Numbered from the stretch's first letter, positions 21,636 through 34,031 are shown. The stretch is 42,233 nt of DNA from Octopus bimaculoides (GCF_001194135.2 NC_068981.1:199088902-199131134); one strand, 5' to 3'. Numbers and translations: made by a program. The notes: generated by a model not told the origin, from the letters alone.

Positions 21636-21830
21636 CATCATTATCATCATTCGTTTGCCATGCTGGCATGAGTTGGATGGTTGACAGGGGCTGACAAGGC
21701 TGGGAGCTATATCAGGGGTCATCATGTTTTGGCATAGTTTCTACAGCTGGATGCCCTTCCCAATGCCAACCATTTTACAGAGTGTACTAAGTGCTTTTTA
21801 TATGGCACCATCACTGAGAGGGTCACCAAA
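21636..21830 (-). mobile_element. (GAT)n-tailed LINE 3' end
   Basis: catcattatcatcattcgtttgccatgctggcatg...cagctggatgcccttccc. Confidence 0.8.
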
Positions 21831-22071
21831 TACCTTGCAAGACAAGAAAGGCAAAAAACCCTCTGCTTGGAAGGGGTAAATATTTAATAATATAATTCGT
21901 CTCCTCTAATTCTCAAAAGCTTTTCAAATAATCTTGCCAAGTTCCAACTTGTCAGATAAAACAGTTTTATTGGTTCCTGGCAGGAAGCTGTGGCCATGCT
22001 GGACTGCATTGGTTTACTTAGAATTGTTTTTTAATTTCCATTTTGCTATTTAAAAAAAATTTTTCAGTCAG

Positions 22072-22432
22072 GTACAGGCATCACTGTGTGGTAAGAAACT
22101 TACTCCCCAACCACATGGTTCCAGGTTCAGTCCCACTGCATGGTGCCTTGAGCAAGTGTCTTCTGCTATAGCCTCAGGCCAACCAAAGCCTTGTGACTAG
22201 CTGTAGTAGACAAAAACTGAAAGAAGTCTATTGTGTGTGTCTTTGTGTCTCCCCCCCCCCCACTGCTTGGCAACCAATGGTGGTGTGTTTATGTTCCTGT
22301 AACTTAGCAGTTTGACAAAAGTGACTGATAAAATAAGTACCAGGTTCTAAAAAGAAGCAAAAAAAAAAAACTGAGTACTAGGGTTGATATATTCAACTAA
22401 AAACCCTCCAAGTTTGTGCTCCAGCATGGCCA
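22072..22432 (+). mobile_element. Near full-length tRNA-derived SINE
   Basis: Head ctgtgtggtaag...ggttcagtcc, body ccttgagcaagtgtcttctgctatagcc, tail gctccagcatggcc. Confidence 0.85.
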
Positions 22433-23094
22433 AAGATTTTATAATTGTTTAATTTTACTATTTTGAAATGTATTTAATAAAAACTGCTCTTAGTTGTTGA
22501 ATTTGGTTTATTTGTCAGAAATGAACCATTAAACGGTTTATAGAATCATCCTCAAAGTCACTTTCAGAGCAAAAACAATGGCAAAGAGTGCATCAGGAAA
22601 GAAATGGTCAACTTTTCAAATCTGTTTTTCCTCAAAATACGTTTTGTGTGTTCAGTTTCTCCAGGATACAGTTTATTTTATTTATTTATCTATGTGTGTG
22701 TGTGCACCTGTATGCGTGGGTGTGTACGTGTGTGTTAAAAGCTAATTTCTTTACACGTGAAAGTTGTTAGTATTTGTGTAAGCAGCCTTGTTGCATATGA
22801 ATTGAGAATAGCTTTGTTGGAAGTCCGTTACCTTTGTGAGACCAATAAGTGCAATGGAACTCCTCTCGAAAATATCGTCTTCGTATTCTGGAAGCAGCTG
22901 GTCCCTTATGATAAAGGACATGCCAATATGTACAGTTAGTACAATACTTTCAGCAATATCTACCTACTCCTACCACTTATCTACAAAACAAACAAACAAA
23001 GGGCCCAATTTCTGGGCCAGGCTCCCAAACATACATCCAGTTTTTAAAGTGTTTAAACAAGATTTTCATGCTAATTATATTTTATCTTTTCCTT

Positions 23095-23372
23095 GAAGAC
23101 TGTAGCCATGCTGGGGCGCCACCTTCAGGAATTTTAGTCAAATGAATCAGCCCCAGGATTTATTTTTCATTTAAGCCTGGTACTTATTCTACCGATCTCT
23201 TTTTCCAAACTGTTACAAAAGCTTCTTTCAGTCTCTGTTTACCAAATCCACACACAAGGCTTTGGTTTGCCCTAGGCTATAATAGAAGACACTTGTTCAA
23301 AGTGCTATGCAGTGGGACTGAACCTGGAACCATGTTGTTGGGAAGCAAACTTCTTACTACACAACCATGCAT
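23095..23372 (-). mobile_element. Same SINE family, inverted relative to 22072-22432
   Basis: gccatgctgg...ggtacttattct...gaagacacttg...gtgggactgaacctggaaccatg. Confidence 0.85.
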
Positions 23373-23439
23373 GCTTTGCTAGTTTGTTTGTTTTTTCATA
23401 AATGCTAAAAATTTACCTGAAATTGGTTTGGTTCTTTCT

Positions 23440-23600
23440 CATCATCATCATCATCATTTTAACATTTACTTTTCTATGCTTTCGTGGGTCAGACTGAATT
23501 CATTAAAGCAGATTTTATACAGCAGGATGCTCTTTCTGTTGCCAACCGTCACCTGCTTGCAAGCAAGGTAACATGCTTCCCCCTCATGACCAGACATGTT
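23440..23600 (-). mobile_element. (GAT)n-tailed LINE 3' end, old copy
   Basis: (atc)n-ttttaacatttactttctatgct...caggatgctctttctgttgccaacc. Confidence 0.65.
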
Positions 23601-24524
23601 TTCACTGTTGATTGGAAAGGAAGGGCATCTTTTGTGTGATGGTTATTTGTTTACAACTATCTTGCAGTGTCAAGGTAAAGAGATGCTATCATACACACAC
23701 AAACACACACATATACACAAACACACATACACAGACACATACACACGATGGGTCTTTTGTGCAAACAGAACAAAGAGCACAAAAATGGGGCCAGTGGGTT
23801 CTTTTTTTTTTTAAATTATGAAAACAATGAAGAAGGTATTTGAATTACGATGATTAGGAAACTAAATTCAATAACTTTTCTGTTTCACCTGTAACTATTT
23901 TTAGTTTGCACCTGCCATTAAGCCAGTCTGTATTTATGAAATGAAAGAATCAGTGAACTTGAGCAGTCAATCTAGTTCAGGTGTGGAAACTTTATTCATG
24001 TCCCACTGGGGTTTAACCTAAATCAATAACACAGCTTTTATATATTTAACCTGAAACAGCAATAATGACAGACTATTGCTCCTTTCTCTCTCTCTCTCAT
24101 CAATACTATTGATTAGACAAATGCCATTAACAGTGCTGAGTATAAAATATATTTTCCAGCAATTTTAGATGGTTATATTGACCCCAGCATTTCGCCTAGT
24201 AATTATGTTATCAATCTCATTTTTGTCAAATGGTTATGTCCACCTTGGCTTAAATGAACAGGAATCTCAGTATTCAAATACGGCAAGGTGTTTTTACAGC
24301 TCATTTGTTTGTAGGTCACACCTCAGTAATAAAGCATTAATGTCTGTCTCAAGCCTGTGCACTCCTTAATCTGGTGTTTATCTGAGTTTGTGTGAAGCAT
24401 TATTGACAAAGAGTACAACACTGTCCATGCAGTGAGACAGCAGCATATCTGCCGCATACAAACACTACTTCCTCTGTTAATCTTTTTCTCATCTTTGCAT
24501 TTCCTCTGCTGTAGACTTTGTATG

Positions 24525-26195
24525 TGGCAGGTGTGCAGCTGCAATAAACACTAAGAATGTACAGGAAAGAAAACTTCATCAAATGGCCAAGGAAATCCTT
24601 AGAGGTAGTAGATAGTTTCCATCATCATCATCATCATCATCATCATTTAACGGCCGTTTTCCATGCTGGCATGGGTTGGACGATTCAACTGGGGTCTGGG
24701 AAGCCAGGAGGCTGCACTTGGCCCCAATCTGATCTGACAGTGTTTCTACAGCTGGATGCCCTTCCTAATGCCAACCACTCCAAGAGTGTAGTGGGTGCTT
24801 TTTACGTGCCTCACAACTACAATTTCCATTTGATGTGATCTTGATATTGCTGTTCATGTTGATGTACTTGACTCAATAGGTCTCTTCAAGCACGGCATGT
24901 CACCCTATGACCCAAGGTACTTTTGAGTGGGTTGGTTATGCGACACTGGTGAAGGTTACAGCCATGAACTCACTTTATTTGTCGGGTCTTCTCAGTCACA
25001 GCATACCTCCAGAGGTCTCAGTCTTTTGTCATTGCCTCTGAGGCCCAACGTTCGAAGGTCATGCTTGACCACCTCATCCCAGGTCTTGAATAAAACTGAC
25101 TGGGCAAAGTTCAGAGTTACTACCTTTGTTGGTAAAGAAGGGCCCCTCCCTTGCATATATACAAACAGCATTGCTACATGTTAGTGAAACATAGGCTGTG
25201 ACTGCAGAGAACATGTGAAGGCTTGAAAGAAATGAAGCCAGCATGCTCTGTTGAGTGTATGATATCAGTGTGCACATACGACAAATGGTAACTGTTTTGA
25301 GAGAAAAACTGGATATGAGGCATCAGATGAAGGATGCAAGAGAGAAGCCTACACTAGTATGGAAGAGGAGAGCTGCATAAAGAAGTGCTGGTCTGTAATA
25401 GTGGAAGGAACTTGTAGAAAGGGTAGACCCAGGAAGATGTGGGGTGAAGTGGTGAGAAATGATCTTCAGATTTTGAGTCTCACAGATGGAGATGATAAAG
25501 GATTGAAACAACTGGTGATTTGCTGCTGTAGTTGAGAAAATCTGCTCAGCTAAATTACAGCCAAAAGTAAAAATGTGTCGTTTGTGCCCATGTCCCTACT
25601 TCCCCACCAACCTACCTTCCCTCACTTATGCTCACCACCACTGTACTCACCTCCATTCCCCCCTCACATACCTACCTGCACAATGTGTTCCTGTTAAATC
25701 CTTCCCCCCACAACATATCCTCCTAACACCCTCTCCCTCTCCCCTACTCATTAAATTCTCACCCCCACCACTAGCTCCCACTTTCCTTTCAGTGAACTCA
25801 CTCACCCTCTCCAATCCCTGGTCCACTTCACTACACACCCCTCACTGTAACTTGGGTGTATGACCCCCCCCTCCTCACCATTTTTCTCTGCTTTCTTTCT
25901 CTCCATTTGAGATTGCAATATTTCTCTTCCAACGCAAGATGCTTTTCCATTCCTCAATGCTACTGGGAAGGATTAGGGATTGTCTTGGTAACCTCACTGC
26001 TGATGGTACCATGGAAAAAGCACTCGTTCCACACTCTGTAAATGTGGTTGGCATTATTAGGAAGGGCATCCAACCATGGGAACCATACTAAAGCAGTCAG
26101 CAGAGCTTGATGCAATTTTCTGATTTGCCAGTTCCTGTTGAACCGTCCAATCCATGCCAGCAAGGAAAATGGACATTAAATGATGATGCTGATGC
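24525..26195 (+). mobile_element. RTE-like LINE 3' part (ORF end, C-rich UTR, GAT tail), interrupted by an antisense copy
   Basis: FVCGRCAAAINT..LEVVDSF at 24527-24620, then WAKF..SET*AVTAENM*RLERNEASML..GRPRKMWGEVVRNDLQIL at 25100-25550. Tail ggacattaaatgatgatg at 26171. Confidence 0.85.
24620..25085 (-). mobile_element. RTE-like LINE 3' fragment inserted antisense
   Basis: Minus strand KTWDEVVKHDLRTLGL..MTKD*DLWRYAVTEKTRQIK*, then 3' UTR and (GAT)n tail. Confidence 0.85.
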
Positions 26196-26743
26196 AGCAG
26201 ATATGTCTTCACATGCAGAGTGTACTGTCACAGCTTTTAAGATTTCTTTTTTGCAAAGAACTTGATGTTTTGAATTTACAGAAAAATTCAGTTTAAAATT
26301 TATGGTCACTCCTTGTTAAACTGTAGCCATAATAAAATATAATGAAGGGAAACACACACACACATTTGCTGTGTATATTCAACAAAAGACTAATCACAAA
26401 TCATTGGTGAAATCATGATTTCTTCCTCGTCAAATTTAATATTTAAATACATAATAACATATTTTTTTATTTTTTTTTAAAGATCATTGTAAAGGTTTAA
26501 AATTATGAACAAATATCAACAAAAAAGTGCATTGTTTTTCTTTAATTTTTTTGTCTTTGTTAACATTTTATTTACAATATGATTTCTTGAATTACATTTT
26601 GAAATTGGTTTGAGGAAGGAGATTTTCCATCTTATATTTGTCATGTTTGTGTGTCTTGCTTGTATTTATCTTGTGGTGGTGTATGGGAGTGAATGAGTTT
26701 CCAATAGTTATCTTGAAATTATATAAGAATAATTTAAACACAC

Positions 26744-26979
26744 TATTTACACTTGACGGATATTTGTCCTCATCTTGTTTGTGGTTAACACAACGTTTTG
26801 GCTGATATACCCTCCAGCCTTCATCAGGTGTCTTGGGAAAATTTTGGACATGGGTTCTCATTCCTAAGATTTTGTTTTTTTCAAAGTTGTTGTTGTTATT
26901 ATTCAGGTCACTGCCTGGAATTGAACTCGGAATCTTGGGGTTAGTAGCCTGCGCTCTTAACTACTACGCCATACGCCTG
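26744..26979 (-). mobile_element. tRNA-derived SINE with a hammerhead-containing Penelope-like tail
   Basis: A box tggcgtagtag, B box gagttcaattc, (aat/aac)n linker, then gacacCTGATGAaggctg...cagccAAAACgttgtgtt. Confidence 0.8.
26787..26832 (-). ncRNA. Minimal hammerhead ribozyme motif (G12 changed to A in this copy)
   Basis: Stem I GACAC/GUGUU, core CUGAUGA plus an extra A, stem II GGCUG/CAGCC, (G>A)AAAC, GUU triplet. Confidence 0.65.
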
Positions 26980-27159
26980 TTGCCATATGTTGCTTCATCA
27001 GGTCGTTAAGAAATTCCTTTCCTAACCATGTGGTGCTGAGTTCACTCCCATTATGTGATTTCTTGAGTAGGTGTCTTCTATAACCTCAGGTCTTCAGAAT
27101 GGAATTTGGTTGATGAAAACTATGGAAGTTCGTTGTGCATGTGTGTAGGTAACATCTTC

Positions 27160-27256
27160 ATTATCATTATTATTCAGGTCACTGCCTGGAATCGAACTCG
27201 GAATCTTGGGGTTAGTAGCCCACACTCTTAGCCACTATGCCATATACCCGTGGGCA
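27160..27256 (-). mobile_element. Second copy of the same tRNA-derived SINE head, without the tail
   Basis: tggcatagtggctaagagtgtgggctactaaccccaagattccgagttcgattccaggcagtgacctgaat. Confidence 0.85.
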
Positions 27257-27313
27257 TATCTGTCAAACATAAATAATGTATCTTCATAATTGTTTTACAT
27301 CCACATTTTATGC

Positions 27314-27360
<47 letters not shown>

Positions 27361-27614
27361 TGTACGTGTGTACACCTGTACAAGATGTGTCAAAACATGT
27401 AAGTCAGGTATTGTATTAAATAAGGTTCCAATATATTTGACTAAAACCTTTTGACACTGTATTCCAGCATGGCCACACTCGATTAGCTAAAAACCAATTC
27501 AAAGAAAAATAAAAGTTCGATATCAGGAAGTTTTATGCAAGACATTCTAGAATTTTATGAATTTTGACACTTTTCCACTTTTGTGTTATAGATTTAACAT
27601 TGGATTAAATAATG

Positions 27615-27770
27615 ACCCTTTCTACTGCTGGGTACAAGGGCTGAAATTTCGTGTGGAGAGTAGTGTCAATTACTTTGACCCCAGTATTTAACTGGTTTAT
27701 TTTTTCTTGTCCCCAAAAGGATGAAACACAAAGTTAACCTTGGCAGAACTTGAACTCAGAACATAGGCAG
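27615..27770 (-). mobile_element. SINE, same family as 14320-14460
   Basis: gaccccagtatttaactggtt...ccccaaaaggatgaaacacaaagttaacc...tttgaactcagaac-like. Confidence 0.7.
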
Positions 27771-27799
27771 CTTGCCATTCTGCAAATAAAGTAATAAGA

Positions 27800-28080
27800 A
27801 TAATAATAATCATAAATGTCTGTTTCTCCATGCTGGCATGGGTTGGATGGTTTGACTGAAAACTGGTAAGGTGGTGGTAGGGGAGGTTTGCACCAGGTTC
27901 CAATTTGATATGGTCAGGGTTTCTATGACTGGATGCTCTTCCTAACACCAACCAATGTTTTACACCTTTTTTACATGGCTGCCAATTACGCAACACTGGT
28001 ATTGGCTTTGATCTCACTTGGCTTGACAAGTCTTCTTCTCAAGCACTGAGGCCCAGCATTTGAACAGTGCTTTTTATATG
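27800..28080 (-). mobile_element. (GAT)n-tailed LINE 3' end
   Basis: ctccatgctggcatgggttggatgg...ctggatgctcttcctaacaccaacc. Confidence 0.75.
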
Positions 28081-28084
28081 TCAG

Positions 28085-28280
28085 TTATGCAATCTAGATG
28101 TATTGCAAAAATCAGCATTACTCGGAGCTGCATGCATACCATGTAAAGTACTGTCTGTCTGAGGTGTATGTTGTGCCTTGACAGACTACAAATCCTCGGA
28201 AGACACACAATTCTTCAATCTGCATCACAATATTGGATACTGTGCAATATCTTCAATAATAATAATAATAATAATAATGA
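28085..28280 (+). mobile_element. R4-type LINE extreme 3' end with (AAT)n tail
   Basis: NLDVLQKSALLGAACIPCKVLSV* (compare LQKSALLGTARIL at 12020), followed by an aat repeat. Confidence 0.75.
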
Positions 28281-28289
28281 ACCAAATTC

Positions 28290-28750
28290 GTTGACTGGCA
28301 CCCGTGCCAGTGGGGCGCAAAGAACACCATCCGAGCGTGATCATTGCCAGAGCAGCTGTCTGGCTTCCGTGCCAGTGGCACGTAAATAGCACCATTTGAG
28401 CGTGGTCGTTACCAGCATTACCTTACTGGCACTTCTTCCGGTGGCATGTGAAAAAACATTTGAGCGAGGCCGTTGCCAGTGCCGCTGGACTGGCTCCTGT
28501 GCAGGTGGCACATATAAAACAACATTTGAGCGTAGCCGTTGCCAGTTCCGCCTGACTGGCCCTCATGCCGGTGGCACGTAAAAAGCACCCACTACACTCT
28601 CGGAGTGGTTGGCATTAGGAAGGGCATCCAGCTGTAGAAACTCTACCAAATCAGATTAGAGACTGGTGCAGCCATCTGGTTCGCCAGTCCTCAGTCAAAT
28701 CGTCCAACCCATGCTAGCATGGAAAGCAGACGTTAAACGATGATGATGAA
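28290..28750 (+). mobile_element. Young LINE 3' UTR with five diverged units of about 62-68 nt and a (GAT)n tail
   Basis: Units start near 28302, 28369, 28437, 28499 and 28566 (gtgccRgtggcacRtaaaaa). CpG-rich. Confidence 0.85.
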
Positions 28751-29536
28751 TATTTCTCTTTAATATTAGAAATATTGTCATTAGACTTCTTCAAAATATT
28801 TATTTTTCTTTGTTGTGTGTGTCACATGTTCTGAATGTTTTAAATTCATTGAAATTTGTTTCCATCAGTTTTAAGTGAATTTTATTATTGATTCTTAGTT
28901 ACATTTTAAAGTTTTCTATTTAATATTGCTAATATTGAAGTTCTGTATTTTGTGATCTATATATATCCCTGTATAGAATCCATTTTTAGACTGTAGCTTG
29001 GTATATATTGATATGTTTTGGGATGTTTTGATCTGTAGGGCAGGTGGGGCCAGTATTTGCCCTGATTTCAATCTATCCTGAAACATCAGCTGAACATGAT
29101 TGGAAATGAAATCGGTCACCATAAGGGTCTTCAACTGTTCTTTTAACCTACTTACCTAGTTTATACAATAGAATCTATTAAAGTACTGCTACCCCAACAC
29201 AGATGTGGAATTCTTTTATAAACCGCCAGGGTTCATTTGACATAAACAACGAAGCAGTGGTCTTCATATATTTCAACAGAGACACTAACCTGACAGGTTT
29301 TTGTAAACCATTACAAAAGATTTGATATTCAGGTCTAATCCTTCCTGAGACCAATGTCTTAAATGATAGTTTTGTCTTGTTTAAATTCAGTAAAACTAGT
29401 TTTTATAAAATGGATTTTTCTCCATAAAATATTCTTTCATGACACAAGGTGCTGTGACATAAGTCGTGTAACAATGTCTTTGTCAGCTGCTGTATTCAAA
29501 AACACCATAGAAATCCTCTGGTTAAACAAACACACA

Positions 29537-29538
<2 letters not shown>

Positions 29539-29631
<93 letters not shown>

Positions 29632-29655
29632 GCATACACACACACACACACACAG
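29539..29655. repeat. (CT)n followed by (CA)n microsatellite
   Basis: Directly visible. Confidence 0.95.
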
Positions 29656-30716
29656 TGAAAATATCTCTTAGGTTGTTTCTGCATTCCTTGTCTTGCAGTG
29701 TTTCTTATAAATGTCTTTAATTAAGTCACAATAAGTCTTCAACCAACAAGGCAGCCTCTATGTCATCACTCAACCTGCAAAAATTAACAGCCAAACTTCC
29801 CTCAATGCTACCATTAAAAAAATGAAAGAAAAAACCCAGCCCATATTGCATAGTCAAGTCTTTTGTAGATTACAAATGGGAAAAGAGACTGCTTGGTGTA
29901 TGGCTACAACCCGTTTTGTTTATAAGCTGGCTTGATCAAGGCTGACCTATGGTTACAATATCAGCAATAAATTTCTGATAAAACCACACTGTAAAGATAT
30001 TGATAGTGTATTGCTTTTTGATGTTTTGCTCATCTGGACACCTCTGGCTGATGTGAAAGCACAAGAACCAGAATAAAGTATTTTCCAACAGAGGCCATCA
30101 CTACATTCTGCAAAAAGCTAATGTTTTAACACAGAAAAAAAAAAATGTCCTGAAGACTGATTCCTGGAGTCAGAGACCAAGATGATGATGGATGGATGGA
30201 ATGCTTTTGATCATAGGGTTGTTGTCTCTGGGCTGCTGACCTCAAGTGTAAGGTTGTCTCTGTTGTTTGCTCAAAATGAAATATCTCCCTTGTGAAATAA
30301 GGAGAGATATAAGTGTGTAGCCACAAGCAAAGCTCTTTCCTAGCCACTTTTCAACTTGACTACTTTTTCATATATTGTTTATGTAAATTGGATTTAATTA
30401 TTCAGCATCTTCATAATATAATGAGATGCAAAAACTGTGCCACTGATACATTTTCAAGGGATATTTTTTTCTTTTCTGTTAATATTTCCTCAAAATAAAA
30501 AAGAGTATTCTGAAGAATTTCTTTCTTTTGTTCTTAACAAAATATTTATGCTTTTCAGAGTTTTCATGATTGCAGTTTTAGTTTTGTTCAAATCTTTCTG
30601 CTAATTCATTTTGTCATTATTATTATTATTTAGAAATACCTTTATGTAAAAGACATTATGCAGGGAAGAAAGGAAATAATGGTAATTTTCGTTTCTGATC
30701 TCTCTCTCTCTCTTTT

Positions 30717-30760
<44 letters not shown>

Positions 30761-31359
30761 AGTATAATATAAGTATAATAGAATACAAAGTAAATATCTT
30801 ATGATATTTACTTTGTATTATATTATACTCATTTATTGTGCTTTTACTTATGAATTTTTCTATATGTGACTGGATTTTCATTGATGAGTTCATGAACCTT
30901 GGTTCTTTTCCCTAAAACTATATATATATATATATTTAATACTGTGAAACTTAATTTAATTTTAATTTTTAATAAATTGATTTTAATTGAGTTTTTACCT
31001 GTAATTTTGGATTTTTATCCCCAATATTATTATTATTATTATATATATATAAGAAACTGAAAACTTCTCAAATTATTTGGAATTTCTTCTGATCTTCAGA
31101 CAATAGTGATGAATAAAGTACAAAGAAAAATAGCCACATATATATATATATGTGTGTGTGTGTGTGAGTATATAATAGAATGTGTTGAAAATATTTCAAA
31201 TGATAAGTGTTGACTGGATGCAGGAAAAATCCCATTAAGCTTCATTTGTTGAGGCCCCTGTTTGAAAAGGTTCCATAATAGGAAAGCTCAAGACAGGATA
31301 GAAGGTGACTTGGAGTTATGGCAGTGACTGAAAAAAAATAGAACAATAGTGGTCATCAC

Positions 31360-31515
31360 CATCATCGTTTAATGTCAGTTTTCCATGCTGGCATGGGTTG
31401 GATGGTTTGACTAAGGACTGGCAAGCAAGGAGGCCACACCAGGCTCTAATCTGATCTGACAGTGTTTCTACAGCTGGATGCCCTTCCTAATGCCAACCAC
31501 TCCGAGAGTGTAGTG
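31360..31515 (-). mobile_element. (GAT)n-tailed LINE 3' end
   Basis: catcatcgtttaatgtcagttttccatgctggcatggg...ccaaccactccgagagtgtag. Confidence 0.85.
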
Positions 31516-31649
31516 GGTGTACAGAAAAATGTGTTATGAAAAGTCAACAGAATTTGGATGCAATCAAAGTTGGTGCACAGGTGATAGGTCTATATATAGA
31601 GTTATACCTATATATCTGTGTGTAACTATACACACTATAGTTAGGTGTG

Positions 31650-32320
31650 TATATGTGCCATCGACCACTGCTTTCTCTCCCCTCTCCTATATTTCATTCT
31701 TATCTCGCATCTTACCCCCTCCCCATACTGGTGTTTCCCCCATCAGCTGCATCCCCACCCTTGTTCATCTCTCATTACATTAACCTCTACTTCCACCTGC
31801 TTTTACCCCCTCCCCCTTGCCCTCTGATGAGTACTCACATACTCTCTCATCCCCTCCCATCACCCCCTATCCATATCCTCCCCCTCTTGAGAGCTTGTTC
31901 TGGCACTCCATCACTATTTTCCTTTCATCTCCCTCAGCCATGTTTATCCCCTCTATAACAAGACACCTGTGCTTGCCCCTCTATCATACTTTAGCCTTTC
32001 AACCCCTGGCATAAAGCCATCCACCTCCACCTCCTGAATGCTTCCTAGTAGTAGGGGCTTTTCGTTTTTCCTTTTCCTCTGTTCTTTTCTATCTTACAAG
32101 TTACATGGCAAACTCACTTGTGTTGGTGGCACAAAAAAAAGGCACCGAGTCCACTCTGTAAAGTGGTTGGCATTAGGAAGGGCATCCAGCTGTAGAGACC
32201 ATGCAAAAGATGACACTGGAGCTTGAGAGAGCCCTGTAGCTTACCAATTTACCTGTGAAACCACCTTAACCCATGCCAGCATGAAAAGCGGATGTTAAAT
32301 GATGATGATGGTGATGATAT
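31650..32320 (+). mobile_element. C-rich LINE 3' UTR and (GAT)n tail
   Basis: C-rich tract, then ggttggcattaggaagggcatccagctgtag...ggatgttaaatgatgatg. A partial second copy follows at 32330-32640. Confidence 0.7.
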
Positions 32321-32809
32321 TTTCCCCTTTCCACTTGAGACAACCATGTATCTCCCCTGCAGCCGAGTACCTGTTTCTGTCCCCCAATCATGCTTTAGCC
32401 TTTCAACACCTGGTAAAAAGTCCCTTCCTACCCATCTCTCCCAAATATCACCCCCTTACACACACAAGCACTTTGTTGGGGGAGATTTTTCCTGTTCTTT
32501 TCACATCTTGCAAGTTACTTGGCAACCATACTAATGCCAGTGGCACAAAAAAAGTGTAAAGTGATTGGCATTAAGAAGGGCGTCCACCTATACAGCCCTT
32601 ATCAGAGCTAACACTGAAACCTGACAGTTTTGATAAATGATAATTATATATCATCATCATCATTGTTTAACATTCACTTCCCCGACTGGCATTGGTTGGA
32701 TGGTTTCACATGGAACTGGCCAGCTGGAAGCTGTCCAAGCTCCAACTGTTGGTTATATATAACTCTGTCTCAGATGAGTGATTGTGTGTTATGCATTTGC
32801 TAATTGTTT

Positions 32810-33000
32810 CAGGGGCCTTTGTAGTTGTCAGCTGATACAGACAGTTTGTTACCTTTGACCCTGAAGGGCATTGAGGATGTAACACTTTCCGCTAAGTGGA
32901 CTGGAGCAATTTGAAATTAAGTGTTTTGCTCAAGGGCACACTGCATTGCCCCGTTTAGAGATTGAACCTAACACCCTTAGCCACTTGGCTTTACACACTG
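32810..33000 (-). mobile_element. tRNA-derived SINE related to 17972-18250
   Basis: ggactggagcaatttgaaattaagtgttttgctcaagggcacac. Confidence 0.6.
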
Positions 33001-34031
33001 CACACTCACAAGTCTGTACAAAGGCTTGGAGTCTAACAATATACAGCAACATCTCCTTTTTATGTTGGTATTATTGATAAAGGAGACTAATATTAGATGA
33101 GGCGGTAGTTAGGAGGACTACCATCTGCAAGAAAGGTTAAAAGTACATTTCTGAAGTTCTGTGTATAAGAGTCCTTGACAGGATATGTGCCGTTTTTCAC
33201 ATATCTTCAACTAGGAATTTCCTTGATCATACGAGGAAGCTAGATCCATGATTAAACCAAGTGAACATCAAATATATATCTGGGTCTCTTATATTGAGCA
33301 AGTTTTCTTTTCAGAGTAAATGAAGGAGAGCCTTTTCTAGTGAATCTGTGCAATCATCATCATCATCATAGTTTTTCATGCAGACATTATCCAAGCCAGT
33401 TCTTATGTGGAGTTATATTCCTCGTAAGCAGGACGCCATGTCTCATGCTTACATTTTTTATCTTACTCAAATTTGTGTTCTTAATAGATTTTGATTACAA
33501 TTTATTCATATGCATATTTAAATAATTTTAATTCACTCTAGTTTCCCCCCTACCCACACACAGTTTTCTTTATATATTTTCACTCGATGGTTCCTTTCTA
33601 AGAACTTCCCCTATAAACCATTTACAGTATAATCACAGACTTCATTTTATTCAGTAATTTGTATGGCACATAATCCTTTCCCCTGTATTTTCTGTATGCA
33701 TATATTATTAATATTTTTTCTCCTAGTCCCTATCATCACCTTATATTCGGCTCTGTCCACGCAGTTTGGTCACTCCTTTTATTGAATATTTTTCAATTAG
33801 GAACTTCAGCAAATAGAATGGGCTATTTTCTTCAGCATCCTACATGTTCTATTTCATAATCGGTGGGTGGGCTATGTATGTATGTTTGTCCTTTTTCTTG
33901 TCAGTTTCCTGAGTTTCATCTGAAGATTAGTAACAAAACACTCCGAGTAATGATTTGTAAAGTTTTCAGTCTAATACTTATACCTCTACTTTCTGTATTG
34001 AGCACTCTCTTACTGATATTGTGTTCATATG

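Noticed and set aside
26890-27256. tRNA genes
   Set aside because: No acceptor stem closes and both copies continue into shared SINE sequence. They are SINE heads.
28300-28590. CRISPR-like array
   Set aside because: Whole units are homologous with no unique spacers, the context is eukaryotic, and it lies in a LINE UTR.
33801-33875. 75-nt candidate plus exon (ELQQIEWAIFFSILHVLFHNRWVGY)
   Set aside because: Phase 0-0 is incompatible with the phase-1 MCU junction and it has no MCU similarity.
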